Positions 25,983 through 40,319 of a DNA stretch of 64,000 nucleotides are shown here, piece after piece. The notes beneath the pieces are model-generated. The model did no database searches. It was not told where the DNA came from and saw only the letters and a program-made list of their open reading frames with translations. Where the stretch lies: the NCBI RefSeq assembly GCF_037042905.1, contig NC_087250.1, positions 17,858,001-17,922,000 of the forward strand. Reading direction: 5' to 3'. The stretch is from Lytechinus pictus. Taxonomy: Eukaryota. How positions within the stretch are numbered: position 1 is the first letter of the stretch; the number at the start of each line of letters is the position of its first letter. A program made the translations under genes and the position numbers.

Positions 25983-28368
25983 AGGTCAAGTCCACCACAG
26001 AGAAATGTTCATTTGAATGAATGTACTCAAATCAAACAAGCATAACGCTGAAAATTTCATCAAAATCGGATGTAGAATAAGAAAGCTACGATATCTAAAA
26101 GTTTCGTTTATTTTTCACAAAACAGTGATATGCACAACTCATTGACATGCAAGTGAGACAGTCGATGATGTCTCTCACTGTTTTTGCCATCATAAAATGA
26201 TGAAAAGTGGCACATGACTGCCACACAATGAACCACAATTTAATGGTGTGATAATAGTAATTAGATTGAATGGGCAGTTTTTTTATTGTTTGAATTGTAA
26301 AATATTTCATTTTTATAAATTGACAATAGGGACAAATTTGACTTAAAGAGATAATCAAAACACACCTTATGCAGAGAAATGTCCTCCAGAACAGCTGGAT
26401 CCTCAGTCGAGGTCCTCCTGCCAGCCATTTTGGCCCATTATCCTCAATATGGCTATGTGGCAGGAGGCAGGCCAGCAGCATCAAGATGCCACCTCGAGCT
26501 GCTCGTTTGGTAAGTTGTCTTTATATCTATTCCAAATCCAGACTGAGGACCTTGTAGCAATCTCAATTAAGTCCAAAGCCAGCTTTCTTCTGCTGGTTAT
26601 TCCCATTCTTGACAGGAAGAAATGGAGAGACTTTGTCGCATATTCTTTGCAGCCAATCTCCACCAGGTAGTAGTCTTCCTTCCATCCCCTCTCCTTACAT
26701 TCTGAGATAAGTCCGGCATATTTTGACGTCTTGTACTCATGGGCTGTCTCAATGTTCTCCTCCCATGCCACAGTCAGTTCACACAGAGGATGACCGACTT
26801 GGACTGCTTTGACCAGACTACCATATCTGGTAGCATGTTGGTAGTCGCAATCTCAATGGGAAAGGTCATCTGCTCATCAAATTCTAAGATCAACTGCCAG
26901 TCTCTTGCTAGACAAAGGAGCCTACTCGTATGTAGTTTAGCTTTCCTATGGGCTCCAATACTTGTTCCAGCCTTCACAAATGAGATCATCACTGGAGCAT
27001 TTAGTGGTTCAGTCTGATTTGCTTTCTCAGGAGTGATCTTAAGGGCATTGCTCAGTTCCTTCAAGATCTCATTGTGCCTCCATGTATACAAGCTTTCTAC
27101 CGAAGACACCTGAAAATTTGCTGGAATGTGTCTGAGTAAACCCTTATTTCCACATCTATGGTAATTCTCGTTCTTGGTCTTGGCCCACTTCTTCAGGTTT
27201 TGGAAGAACGTCGTAGGTTGCTCGGATCAAGAATTTAAGTGTGCCTGTTTCTATGTTCCATATGTCTTTCCAGGATAGGGACCTTGGTTCTACACATCGA
27301 CAGCTCCCTGCTGCAAGAGGCCAACTGCTTTAGCTATACGTCGTTCCTCCTCTTTGTGGCGGATTTCGTCAGAAACCATCTTCCGCTTCATTTTTGTGCT
27401 TGCCTTAAAGAAGTACTGGGTTGTATTCATGCCTAGCCCTGCTCTATTGGTTTGTGCAGGCCTAACAATATCCTTGTGCCTCAGCCGAGATTCCAATTCC
27501 TCACATTCTTGCTGGGCATTCCATTTGCGTCCTGTGCGAATGTCTGGCACAGTCCCCTTAACAAACTGGTCGCTAGAGTCCCTAAGGATTGAGTACGTGT
27601 GAGCCTTTTCCACCTTGAACTCCTCTGTAAGTGCACTCAGGAGTAGCTTCGGCATTTTGGAATGGCCATAGAAGCTTATGTTCGTTGTGCATGGAGGGAT
27701 GCCACGGCACTTCCGGCTGTGCACTGAGATTCTTTGCTCCATCCTCTCAGCATGCGTCATTGCAGTCTCATACATCATCAAAGGCCACATGATCCTTGGG
27801 AAGAGACCGAACTTTAGGCACCACAACTTAAGTTTATTTGGGAGAGTACTTTTGTCCATCGTCTACCATCTTTCGGACCTCATTTATCTGGTTCCTGTCA
27901 GAGAGCTCCTTCGTCATGTTCGTGAACCAACACCCTAAGCTCTTAACAGAGGCATCTGATATCGATGAAATGGCCTCACCACCAACGTTGTAGTGTGTCC
28001 TTTCCTTTCTTCATGGTCAAACTCATTGACTTCCACACGGACCAACTTGACTGAACCATATAGTATTAAACAAGGCTAATTTCACTTGTTCAAGGAGGAA
28101 TTAATCGTTATTTCATTTGAAAATTAAAATATCTCATAAAATAAAATAATACAAAATAAATAGTGAGTGAATGACAGTGTGAATCAGTTTGCTCATATTT
28201 TGCACACCGACCAGGATGTACATTTATTAACTATTTTGTGAAATTAAGCGAAATTAAAGGTGTCATAACTTTCATATTTTACATCAGATTTGATGACATT
28301 TTCAGTGGTATGCTTGTTGGAGTTTTCTCTATTTATTCAAATCAACTGTTTTTGAGGTGTACCTGTCT
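25983..28368. mobile_element. Kolobok-like MITE split by the HERO insertion
   Basis: Halves at about 25983-26343 and 28039-28368 are collinear with the reverse complement of 39023-39622; TTAA at the right end. Confidence 0.7.
26344..28038 (-). mobile_element. 5'-truncated RLE-type non-LTR retrotransposon, HERO-like, disrupted
   Basis: YTWRHNEILKEL, PDMVVWSKQSKSVILC, WEENIETAHEYKTSKY...VEIGC restriction-like endonuclease motifs; post-RT region in ORF 27290..27859. Confidence 0.85.
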
Positions 28369-28572
28369 TTAAAATAAGCATAAGGATACCTTTAGTCTCA
28401 GTAAATTTTTAATGCACCCAGTGTCCACAGCTTCAAAAATGGACTGGATAAGTATTGGAGGTGAGAACAATATAATCCCACTTGAACTTGAAGTCTATTT
28501 GAGATTATCGACTGCATGCGCACGACTCTGCAGTGTGTTGATCTTCATCTGTGAAGGATACACTTATACAAT

Positions 28573-28880
28573 AGAAGAAGAAGAAGTGAAAGAAGAAGAA
28601 GAAGAAGAAGAAGAAGAAGAAGAAGAAGAAGAAGCGAAATAAGAATAAGAAGAAGAAGGAGAAGAAGAAGAAGAAGGAGGAGAAGAAGAAGAAGAAGAAG
28701 AAGAAGAAGAAGGGAAGGAAGAAGAAGAAGAGAAGAAGAAGAAGAAGGGAAAGAAGGAGGAGGGAAAGAAGAAGAAGATGAAGAAGAAGAAGAAGGGAAA
28801 GAAGAAGAAGGGAAAGAAGAAGAAGGGAAAGAAGAAGAAGAAGGGAAAGAAGAAGAAGGGACAGAAGAAGAAGAAGAAGG
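28573..28880. repeat. (GAA)n-rich simple repeat
   Basis: Direct reading. Confidence 0.95.
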
Positions 28881-30768
28881 AAAAGAACAACACCATTTAT
28901 AACAACATCATTAAAAACAACCAGTGAAATTCAATTTTGACTCCGAACCACCAGGTCCAGCCAACCTAAGTAAAGAGGCAACAAACGTTGAAACTGAATG
29001 CAGAAGATTAAGCCTGCGTTCAGAAGCTTTAAAAAAAGTATCCTTAAGTGAGTGAATACAATCTGCTCCATTACAATATGATTAGATCTATTAAAATAAT
29101 GCTTCACTTGAGTTATACCCTTAGGCTCGTTTTCTGAAGTATAAGTTGTGGTCTAACTTATTTGTACTTTTTCATATCTTAGGTTTTACGATTCATGAAT
29201 CGTTTATTAGTTACGATGCATTTAGCGCTACTTAAAAACTTATTATTAGTTTAATTCTCATATGTAACTTAGAATTAATGATCGTTTACTCTACCTGTTT
29301 TACAATTATTTTAATCATATTTTGTTGACTGCGTAAGTGTTTTTCATGGCAAACTTATTTGCTTTTGTCTTTTTATATATTAAGTTTTAGAATTCATCGT
29401 GTTAATTTAGTGGTCTAGACATAATTGATGTAGTTTGTAGATTTCTATAGGTGTTTTTTCATAGATGCACATTGTCTTCAATTACTGATGTAAGGACCCC
29501 ATTGGAAATAAGCCATCTCGGTTTTAATGGGTAATCATGTCAAGGTATACACTTCTTTTCATATTTTGTTGTACTTGTTCATAGTTACCTGACAAATAAA
29601 ATCAATCAATCAACTATGGATAGTAACAGAAATCTCTACCAGTACAATTGCAATGTATCAGCTCATTTTTTTCTCTCCTGAAACCATGCTTAACTGTTTG
29701 AAAAGACCATAGAACACATACTGCCTCCTCATGCAAAAATGCAGTATCTACAGATGACAGAGAATTCCATTCAGTTTTATCATCATTTACTCAGCCCATA
29801 TTGCCTAATTACCGAGAAATAATCTATCAATGTGTAATTCAATTTTTAAAAGTAGCTTAGAAACACAAAGGGCGCCTTCAACCAACAGGGACGACCTCTT
29901 TGAGTTTGTACTTAGATTTTGATGTAATACTAGCTAAGAAACACCGGGGTGCCCGCTACAAACTACGGCCCCATCTGTAGTAAAATGCCAAGTAACCTTC
30001 TTGAGACAATTGACCAATTCGGTAATTCCTCATGGGGTATTTTGGTCAAATTACCTTTCATTTTTAACATCATGATAGGCAGATTCCATAGCAAGAAAGT
30101 TGTGTAAGCATGCCTTACATAGCAGGATGTAGAAATTTTATAGGCCAGGTGACTAGAATAGCACACCACTAAACACACTATGAAAGTATTTGTTGCATTT
30201 TTACTTTGAATGCATTAACAAGTTGCTATAGCAATGTACTTGGCCAAATGTAAAACAAAAATACCAGTCGCTAGTGGACGCATTGTCGTTTTTTGGTGGA
30301 TCTAATGAAAAACAAAATTCAAAAGAATGTATGAATAATCAAGACATCAAATTTGGTGCTCATGTCCTTAGATATTAAACCACCATGTCACTTTTAGTAC
30401 GGATGACCTTCTTCTAATCATGCGCAGAATGGAACTAGGTACTGGCTTATTCCCGTGAAAATCGGGACTTAAGCTATCAATATTTCCTTGAATTACAAAT
30501 TAATTTTCTAGGCAACATCGACTGAGTAAGTCATGATAAAAATGAATTTAAGTGACATGTTCTCCAATTGTAAAGTGCGTTTTTAATGGGGAAACTGAAC
30601 AATCAATACATTTAGGTAAATATCTCAAAATACAACATTATATGTTTGGTGGGTGCCTGAAATGAGCAAGTTTATAATCTACAATTTGATGATGAAGGAA
30701 TACTTGTTACTTGAGAAATTAAATAGATTGGAGCGGCTTTGAAAGAATAAAATAACATGCTTATTATT

Positions 30769-31318
30769 CCGGGGGGGGGGGGGGGGGCACTTCCATTGAC
30801 GAGTGGATACCATGCGCGACCATGGGGTCTCGAAAAGCACCATATAAACACGTATTTTCCGTATTCTGAAAATGCACCCCTTAACAAGTATTGGCGTGTG
30901 AAACCCCACCCTTAACAAGTATTGGAAACAAAACAATACTATTGGCAAGTATTCCCTGAATTGAACCCCTATGGCGTTATGTCACGGACATCGGTTTTAC
31001 CTTTATATACATCATTGGGTTTATAGTACGGCCCCACCTCCAACACCTCTTGCAAATCGGACTCTAAACACGTAGTGTTGACTTTTGGGACAAAAAGTAC
31101 ATCTTTAACGATTTTTGATTTGTATACCCTCGCACATTTGACCCTGAACACGTAGCTTTCCGAGCGAGATAGATACCCTTTTTTCATTATTTTAGTGCTT
31201 TTGACACCCTTGTTACGTTACATACGTAACGTGCCCTATCTTGAAAAAGACATCCCTTTAACGTGTTTTTTTTGTCGCGCATGGTATCCACTCGCCAATG
31301 CAAGTGCCCCCCCCCCGG
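30769..31318. mobile_element. MITE, same family as 10911-11477
   Basis: CCGG(G)nCACTTCCATTGACGAGTGGATACCATGCGCGAC TIR at both ends. Confidence 0.8.
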
Positions 31319-33390
31319 TTATCACAACTTGTGCAAAATGTAGATAATGCGTTTTTCCATGGGGAAACCTTAAATTCAGATACTGCGTTTTGCACTTACT
31401 AAAGAAATTCAGAAAGCTGGATGTCTCATGTGACAAAAACGGGTTTACTAACCGACTACTTTTCTGAAAAAGTGAAGAAAAAAAATGATACTGCATTTTT
31501 CCGTTGGGGACAGCAAAATAAACGTACAATGTAACGAATAAATTTGACATTCTTTGCTTTCCATAAGTTTAGCAGAGAGTTAGACCATGTTCTAATTTCA
31601 ACCCGACTTCAGAATACAGGCCTAAGAGCCGTTACTCCTATTCAATCTAGACGGAAAGGGTACGTACGGACCTTATATATAAAATTGATTAAATGTGACA
31701 TACCTGTAATAATCTTGACAACAGTCAGCCGATGTCAACAGCAATTCAGTAGATCAAGGTTAACATAGTCCTAGGTACAGCTAACGACAGAGTTCTGGCT
31801 TTTCAAGTTATACTGGTAGTAGAATAGTGCATCATTGAACATGGCATGGCAGTCCATTCGCAGTCATATCATTAAAACAAGCTTGAATGAAGATCGAGTA
31901 ATGATGTAGATGATAGCATTGAAGTCTAAGGAAAGTCCTCGACAAAAGTCCTCTCTTCTGTGGGATTCGCGTTTATTTGCTTTTGCGTGCGAAAGTATTT
32001 GCCGCAATGGGTGTGTACATTAAATGTATTCCCCGAATAAAATCGTTTGACTACTTGCTCTTCATTAAAGCATAAAAATGGAGTTGTTATTTTCAGGTCG
32101 CGTCAGGAGTTAGATGGTTTTTTTTTTTTACTAAACAGATGTACTCTATGCTCTCAAGTTTGGTGGTTATAGGTTGGAACTGCACCAACCTAGTCTTTGG
32201 CGCTATTCGGGCTGCACACCGCGCCCAGTAAGATAACATGAAACTTTTTATTTGTCCCTAATTTACAGAACACACTGATCAATTTATAGAATGATATCAC
32301 CATTGACCAATCAGCGACGATTGTATCAGAGGGGTGGATATACACTTTGTTTACTCATTCATACGCATCCATGTACTAGATTAATATACTGTGAACTAAG
32401 TGTAAATGTGTGTATATTTGTGTTTGACTACACATTGAATACAGCCTTGCAAAGGATAACGTTTCACATTGAATTTGAATGCTGATCATCTGGGCTCACT
32501 GGAGGATTACTGGCATAAGAAAAATTCCTGAAAAATATCTGCTTTCTTTTCAACCAGCATAAACGTATAATATATAACACTTAAACCTCTGTCACATTTG
32601 CTCTACGGCGCGCCGCATAAATTCTGCGCAGGCCGCCCAGGGTCGACCCACAAAGGATTCCCGTTTTTACAGACTATGGGGTATCCGTATAATAATCACA
32701 TCGCTGAGTTATACCATTTTTATTTTCATTTCTATACGCTCGCCTTGAAAATTTGATTAGCCGTAGCCATGGCGTAAAACGGTCTACGGTGGCCTTACGT
32801 CGAGCGTAAGGTGGCCATGTTGCTGCCCATGGACTCAAGTGGTGTTCCCTTTCCCGCCTTTCACATTCTCCTTTCGTGTTCTCTGCTTGAGAGGCATGGT
32901 GCGACACTTTAGAAACTGTCTGAAATGAAACGCCTTTCTTAAAGATAAATTCCAGTTGTGGGGACGATCTCAAAATAACTTTTTACAGAATTTAATATAA
33001 TGATCACCAAAGTGTCTGTTTGTATGAATATGTGCCAAAGGATATTATGATTTCACAAAGTTCAGTTTATGTAACTGTACCAGATCTAGATCCACGATGA
33101 TATACTGTAATCAGTATTTTACTGCAACTACTGTCATTTAGCTTTAAATTACCATGATGAAGTCACTCATTGTATAATCATAATAATAGTATATGCCATT
33201 TGGCCGCCCTGAGGGCGCTTCGCGGCCACCCTGCGTCTGCCGAAATATTTGTCAAAAACCTACGGCAGCCGCAGGGTCACCCTACGGCGACCATACGTAA
33301 ATTTCATGACATACGTCAGCCGCAGATTTTCTGTGTCCATAAATTCAAAAATACGCCATGCGGCGACCTAATATGTGACTGCTACAGTTA

Positions 33391-33640
33391 CACCTCAGTC
33401 ACATTTTGTTCTACGGCGTACGGCGAGTAAAAAACAACCGTTTAAACTTTTTTTTGTAATAGCTACATGAGTTATTGATCATTTGAATAAAAATGAATAA
33501 AACATCTGTTTTCGACTCGCCGTACTATGGCCACCGTCGAGCAAGTGGCCGTGGATATTTTGCGGCGACTGTAGAATTTATACTCGCTGCAGAGATTTCA
33601 AAGTGTAATTTGGCGGCCGCAGCAAATGTGACTGAAGTCT
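33391..33640. mobile_element. MITE; related end at about 32585
   Basis: CAGTCACATTT...AAATGTGACTG inverted ends. Confidence 0.5.
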
Positions 33641-35335
33641 TAGTAAGTTATCTGACCTACGTGTCTGAGAAAAGGTACTATCAATAGCCTGCTTTCTATT
33701 GAAGCTCTAAAGTGCTGTGGGATTTAAAATGGTACAGGTCTATGGAGAAATAAATGTTTATCTGACGTAGGAACAGAGGCTCAACTATTTTACACATCAA
33801 ATGGAACAGCAAACGGAGAGAAGAAGATGGAACTAAACTCGGTAGACACAGGAAAAAAATAGAGAACTGAACTCGATGAAGTCTGGTAGTGCACTGATTT
33901 TATTTAGAGGGCTGCTTTGCCTCAGTAAAACTCAAAATCATATTACAGAAATAACATAATATTCAAATTACATGAAATAAACCGATCAAATAAAGATATT
34001 GGAGGACTTAAAGTAGAAAAGTCTAATTCATAACACTGACCAATACGAGAAAGTGGATGGAGATAAGTAACATGTTGGGATGATTACATAATAATAATGT
34101 TGAACAAAAGAATCAGATGTGGGAATGAAATGAATGAACACATCTGAGTAGAAAAGGAATGACAGGAGAAGTAGGTTGAAAGTCAAATGTAAATGAATGA
34201 CAACAGAAGCATCAAGAATGCAAACTAAACTGAACTAAATACCAAAGCTTGAACTTTAAATAACTAAGCTATAAAAGGATACAAAATGTCAAAATAACTG
34301 TCCTACAGTGCCATGGACTTGTAAGAATTGTGAGATAGTTTTCTTCAGTGATATGTCCGAGTCCCGCACATGTGCAAATGTATTAGATAATCAATCAGAA
34401 ACAAGTTTCTCATTCAAAACATCTGTACATATACATATATATATTTTACTCGTCACACCGAAATGAGAGACAACTCGGAATTTTCCCAATCCAATTTTTT
34501 TGTGATTATTGTTTCCCGTTGCTTTACCTTTAATTTGATATATCACTCGCCCCTTAAGAGTAAATATTAGTGGATATATTAGCCTTAAAATGTAAGAGGA
34601 ATTGGGCTCTTGAAAATAAAAATCAAGAGAAAAACGCCTTTTGACTCCGCTACATGAAAAAAAATATATTTTGCCACCGCCGAGCTAACCGAAATGCCCT
34701 AGCAACCGCTTGCCAAAAAAGGCGAAACGATTGGCCAATGAGGAGGCTGCATTGAGAACAATAGTGAACTTGCAGGTCACGCGCGACTGAAATTCACTGA
34801 TCTTCTACAGATCAGTGTAATAGCTTCATGGTTATACAGGGGATTTATAATTATCTTCGTGAAAGAAATAAGAATGTCATAATCTCCCTTAGTAAAGAAA
34901 TAAAAGGCAGGGAGAAAGGTCGGACCTAAAACCAGTGAGGAGGGAGTATTACAATGATTTTCATTGTGTCATCGTCTTGTTTGAATGTCGATCGCGTTTA
35001 CTCTCACATGTAATATAATTATGAAGCGAGTCATTATGACCTGAACTTTAACCGCATGTTATAATAATACAAAAAAAAACTATCCGTTGTAAAATGGTAA
35101 GTCAGGCCTTCAAAATATTTCAATTTGTACCTCATCATTACTGAAGGCTTGTGTGATCATGTTTTATGAATGGTTATGTTAGATTGAGGCAGTGAGAACA
35201 AAAACGCGAATAATGTGCTCAATATTGTCTATTATCGATCTTTTTTTTGGGGGGGCCAATTTACAGCATTGGAATTATTCAAAATTAGTAGAAAATACAT
35301 AAAGATATATTAATGAAATAAGGGCAATATATATA

Positions 35336-36013
35336 GAACTCCTCAAAAAAGGTTTGGAAATCTGACTTTGACCGATAATCCCTCCTCGGTTTTAGTATAT
35401 ATCAATGTGTAATTAATATCAATGAATAGATCATTGAATTTTCTTTACAATAATACCCTACATGATATGATTATGGTTCACATGGAGGTGCAGTGCCTTG
35501 AAATGTGGGGGCTAGATTAAAATTCAAAAGTTGCAAAATGACGCAGTATTGAAAGTCACTGTTCTTTTTCAGTCGTATTGAGTGCGTTTCTCAGCGGTTT
35601 CTTTTGCACCTTAACATCAACATTAACGTGGAATCAAACACACCTCTGCACAAGCAAAAACATAACAAACAAACATGCATGGGTATTTCAAACCACGACT
35701 CAAACCATGGTATCTCACAGAACCATCACTACAGAAGCAGGGGCTTGATTCGAATAGATTCGAACCTCTATTGACACAGACAAAAGAATCATGTTCTGTA
35801 TTGACACTTCATGACTAATTCTGCTCGTTTGCAACTTTTCAATTCAGACCTCATCCAATACTTTTGAATCCTGCTCTTTTCGTGATAGCATGATCATAAC
35901 ACGCATGGTATCATTTTAAAGAGAATTAACTGATCTCTTGAATGATGTAAAATATGCATTGTGCAAAATTGGGAATTGGGAAGAATTAATGGCCAAACAC
36001 AGATTTTTTGAGT

Positions 36014-36016
<3 letters not shown>
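35336..36016. mobile_element. Tc1-like non-autonomous element; partial copy at about 58630-58780
   Basis: TA-flanked CTCAAAAAA..TTTGG inverted ends; shared sequence CATGATATGATTATGGTTCACATG. Confidence 0.5.
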
Positions 36017-36070
<54 letters not shown>

Positions 36071-36130
36071 TATATAACAAAATAATGCTGAAGATAATGC
36101 TGTCATTGCCAATAAAGTTTTTTATTGATT

Positions 36131-36168
36131 ACTCGAATTTTCGACGGTCCTCCATCTTCTTCAGGAGT
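36131..36168 (-). ncRNA. Minimal type I hammerhead ribozyme motif (Penelope-associated type)
   Basis: ACTC-CTGAAGA-A-GATGG agga CCGTC-GAAA-ATTC-GAGT; AATAAA and (TA)n downstream. Confidence 0.7.
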
Positions 36169-36421
36169 TTAACAATGTGTGGTATCAATCAGAGAGCGCA
36201 TCCTCAGACAGATGTTGCTATGATGCCTGACTGAGGATGCGCGCCCTTCACAGAAACAAATATAGTAACGCTTGTTTGTAATAATCAAATTGTTACGTAA
36301 CAGTAAAGAAAAAAAAAGAAAGAAAATATTGCGCAATATCATTACTCGTTACGTAACAATAAGAAAATTAAGCGATGAGATGATAGAACGAAGATCAAAT
36401 TGGCAATAAGCAATAAGCAAT

Positions 36422-36714
36422 GAGACGTAGCCGGGGTTCAGTTCATCAAGTTTAATCACAACAAGCTTTCGGCCATAATTGGGCCTTCTTCTTCTGAAGT
36501 ACAAGAGAAACAAGTGGCCATAATGTACAAACAATTTGCGGAATACGTATACACAGAAGAAGGTTACTACTGTAAGGCTAATTTAAGTCGTTAACGTCAA
36601 TCATGATTTGGTCATGTGTGTAGGCAGATTTTATGTGAACTGTTATGGAATTTTAGGATTATATATTATAGGATCATATAATGAACTTGATGAACTGAAC
36701 CCCGGCTACGTCTC
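36422..36714. mobile_element. Small MITE-like element
   Basis: 31-bp perfect inverted repeat at 36422-36452 / 36684-36714. Confidence 0.6.
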
Positions 36715-36731
36715 TGCTGTATAGGTCTCTG

Positions 36732-36772
<41 letters not shown>

Positions 36773-37149
36773 GCAAAGACGAAAGTCTTTTGAGTTGGCC
36801 TCATCTCATCATATATATATATATATATATATATACAAAGACGAAAGTATGTAGTTGAATTTAATTTTCAAGTTAAATGTAGTTTATTAAGAAAGTCCTT
36901 ATGGGAATATACAAAGATTGAGCTTTCTCTTATTTCTCAATACCCTCCCAGTTCTATAATTCCCCAAACCTACTAATCATGTGTAAATGTAATCTGAGAA
37001 AACATTTTTGCCAGATATGATTAAGTGAAGGTATTCTATTATACAAAAATGAAATTGAGATACACAATGTATGAAATATATCACAGATTAAGGTTTTATG
37101 CGTATAGGCAAGAGGCCTTGTTTAAAGATATCCAGTCCACAATTAAGGA

Positions 37150-38600
37150 TGTTAATATAGGCTTCCACAAGGGTCGATACTTGGCCCACTAATGTTTGTT
37201 TTATTTATAAATGACCTACCAAAGAGTATTCCCAATGGATCTGTGTTCATGTATGCCGATGATACGACCATTTCTGTATCAGGTACATCTAACAATGACT
37301 TTGAAACACAGCTTAATGAAGTAATGAAGCAAACACATGAATGATTAGTTCGAAACAAGCTTATTCTCAATGTCGATATAAGACTGAGACAATGCTACTT
37401 GGTTCACGTCAAAGAATATGCACATTGCAAGATAAAAACTTAGATATTATTATAGACGGAAAATCCATAGCATGTGTAAATGAATATAAATATCTTGGGG
37501 TCATTATTGACTCATATCTAGACTTTAGAAGTCATACAAACAAAGTTGCAAAAGATGTTAAGCAAAAGTTGGGTATTTTGAGGAGACCGAGATCCACCTT
37601 CTCCGCTGAACAATTGTCACAGATTTACTGGGGGTATATAATTCCACATATTCTCTATTGTTGTAATGTATGGACAGGGAGAAGTGATGTCAATAACGAT
37701 ATCCTTAATCGCCTACATAAAAGGGCAGCATACTTAATTTCACACTTAACCTGGGAAACCCCGTCCAATGAAGTATTTGATAAATTATCCTGGCCAACAC
37801 TGGACAAACTCTTTTGGAAATCTGCCTTCTGCACAATGTTTAAAATAATTCATGAACTTGCCCCACCTATACTTTCACTTAGAATTGTACTTCTAGACAC
37901 CGTACTAATGAGGAACTCTAGACGATCAAATAAAATGATTTTGAGACTCCAAAATTGTTCCACCTCTTTCTATCAAAATTCTTTCCTTTATTCAGGTGCC
38001 ACAAAGTGGAACAACCTTCCGGACGCTACGCAACTAAAAGATCGACCAGCTTCCTTTAAATTACTCCTAAAATTATATAATGCAATCACAGATAGGTATA
38101 TGACATCACTTCTCATACTTACAGCCCATGCTACATGTATTATGTTTTATTATATATGCATGATCACTTCCTCAATTTCGTTTTTTATCCTATGCTATAT
38201 ATACATAAGAATAGATTATGCTTGATTGGTCAAATATTACATAATTTTCTTTGCTCCTGAACTCTCTCTCTCTCCCTCTCTCACATTTTTCTTCCCTCTC
38301 TCTCTTTCTGTGCCTCTATCTCTCCCTCTGTTTGCCTCTGCCCCCTTTCAGTCTGCCCCCCTCTCTCTCTCCTTCTCTTTCTCCCTCTCTTACCATGTCC
38401 TTTTACTTTCTCATTCTGAATCTTATTTTGATGTGTATATATGTCTTCTTTACTTAAGTTTTTTTTATGTTATGAATTATATGTTTTTAGGTATTCATGC
38501 AGAGCCCTGTGGAAGACCAGCGATTTTTTAATGAACGTTTTAAAAGTATATATTGTGTAATTTTACATATTTGTTTGCATAAAGCTGAAAATGCTACTCT
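37150..38600 (+). mobile_element. 5'-truncated CR1/L2-group LINE (RT C-terminal half plus 3' UTR)
   Basis: [48 protein letters not shown]; frameshift near 37340. Confidence 0.88.
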
Positions 38601-39022
38601 GGATAAAGATTTGAAATAAATAAATAGAAAATAAAGGGCCTATGGCAGCCATTTTGAATGTCACAATACAGCATTATTACTGACATGGCAAAGGAAATGG
38701 TATGTCTCGTTAGACATCATGATGTCAGATAATGCTACACCAATATTTCGCAATTATAGGTTTTTTATAGATGCTTGTACACCATAGGATCTGAGGCAAT
38801 TACGCCTCTAATATTGTTCTTGTGTGTTCAACTCTCTTTTAAGTTCTGAGACTGTGCTTTATCTATGATCAATGTTGCGTTTTATTTGAATAATATCTGA
38901 AAGAAGTGTATCTACCTTGATCTCTAAATCCATTATCTTTGCTTCATTGCGATCGATTCTATCTATTATCCTCCCTAATTCCCTGTTTATACCTTCACGA
39001 ACGGCCTGATGGACGGTCTTAA

Positions 39023-39622
39023 AGGCTAAGTCCACCCCAACAAAAAATTATTTGAATAAAAAGAGAAAATTCCAACAAACATAACACTGAAAATTTCATC
39101 AAAATCGGATATAAAATAAGAAAGTTATGACATTTTAATGTTTCGCTTAATTTCACAAAACAGTTATATGCACATCCTGGTCGGTATGCAAATGAGGAGA
39201 CAGATGACATCATCCACTCACTATTTCTTTTGTATTTTATTATATGAAATGTGAAATATTCTAAAATTTTCCTCATCGTCAAGTGAAACAACAATAATTC
39301 CTCCCTGAACATATGGATTTAGAATTGTTTAATACTATTTGGTTCAGTCAAGTTGCTCCATATTGTCAAATTTTAGAAAAATGAAATATTGTATAATTCA
39401 AACAATAAAAAACAAAAGAAATAGTGAGTGAGGGACGTCATCGACTGTCTCATTTGCATGTCACTGAGTTGTGCATATCACTTTAAAAAAAAAATAAGCG
39501 AAAATTTAGAATGTCATAACTTTCTTATTTTACATCCGATTTTGATGAAATTTTCAGCGTTATGTTAGTTTGATTTTTCTCTATTTATTCAAATCAACAT
39601 TTTCCTGTGGTGGACTTGACCT
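39023..39622. mobile_element. Kolobok-like MITE
   Basis: TTAA|AGG..AAGTCCACC...GGTGGACTTGACCT termini with long imperfect TIRs. Confidence 0.8.
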
Positions 39623-40319
39623 TAAAAGAATACGTCTTCCTTAAAGAAGGACTGTACATCATTTTGGGCAATGGTTTCGACCTCTGCCGAAGACATGGGG
39701 GATACTGATGACATGATAATGGTAAAAGATGGTAGAACGATGTCAAGATATGATGAAAAGTACTCAATAGAAAAATGCAATAAAAATGATCTATTTCACC
39801 GTAATTCTGTATCAAAAGTCATTTGATGAATATTTGAAGATAAAAAGGACTCGTGTAAGACCTCATGTAGGTTCATTGAGAGACCTCTGAAAGATCAACC
39901 AGAATTCATGGTCTTTCAAAGGTCTTTCAGCGGTCTTGTTCTCTGTGGAATGGGGGTACGCCCCCATGTGACTATAAATTCAATCAAGATAGAATCGTGT
40001 AGCAGAATGTACTTCATATCCATATAATTCTCAATGATAATATTATTCCCTATCCATATTGAAGTGTTGATGCATTCCAGAGAATGTTTGTAGTAATCAT
40101 ATGTCACTGCATAGTGACAGTTCTAGTTCAAGAGCAAACAACAACATCGTATTGGTATCTTCGTAGCTGCTTGCGTTATATATATATATATATTCACTGT
40201 GGGTGGGACTGGGCAGAATACGAAGTTCCGACAAAAGTGAAAACAGCGTAGAACTTTCCTCATCAGAATTCTCATCAAAATACAGAAAACAATAATCCAG
40301 TTTTCATGTATATTATACA

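Noticed and set aside
39640..40300. Coding-looking minus-strand fragments (ORFs 39916..40107 and 40123..40320)
   Set aside because: Interrupted, no recognisable family, no consistent splice phases
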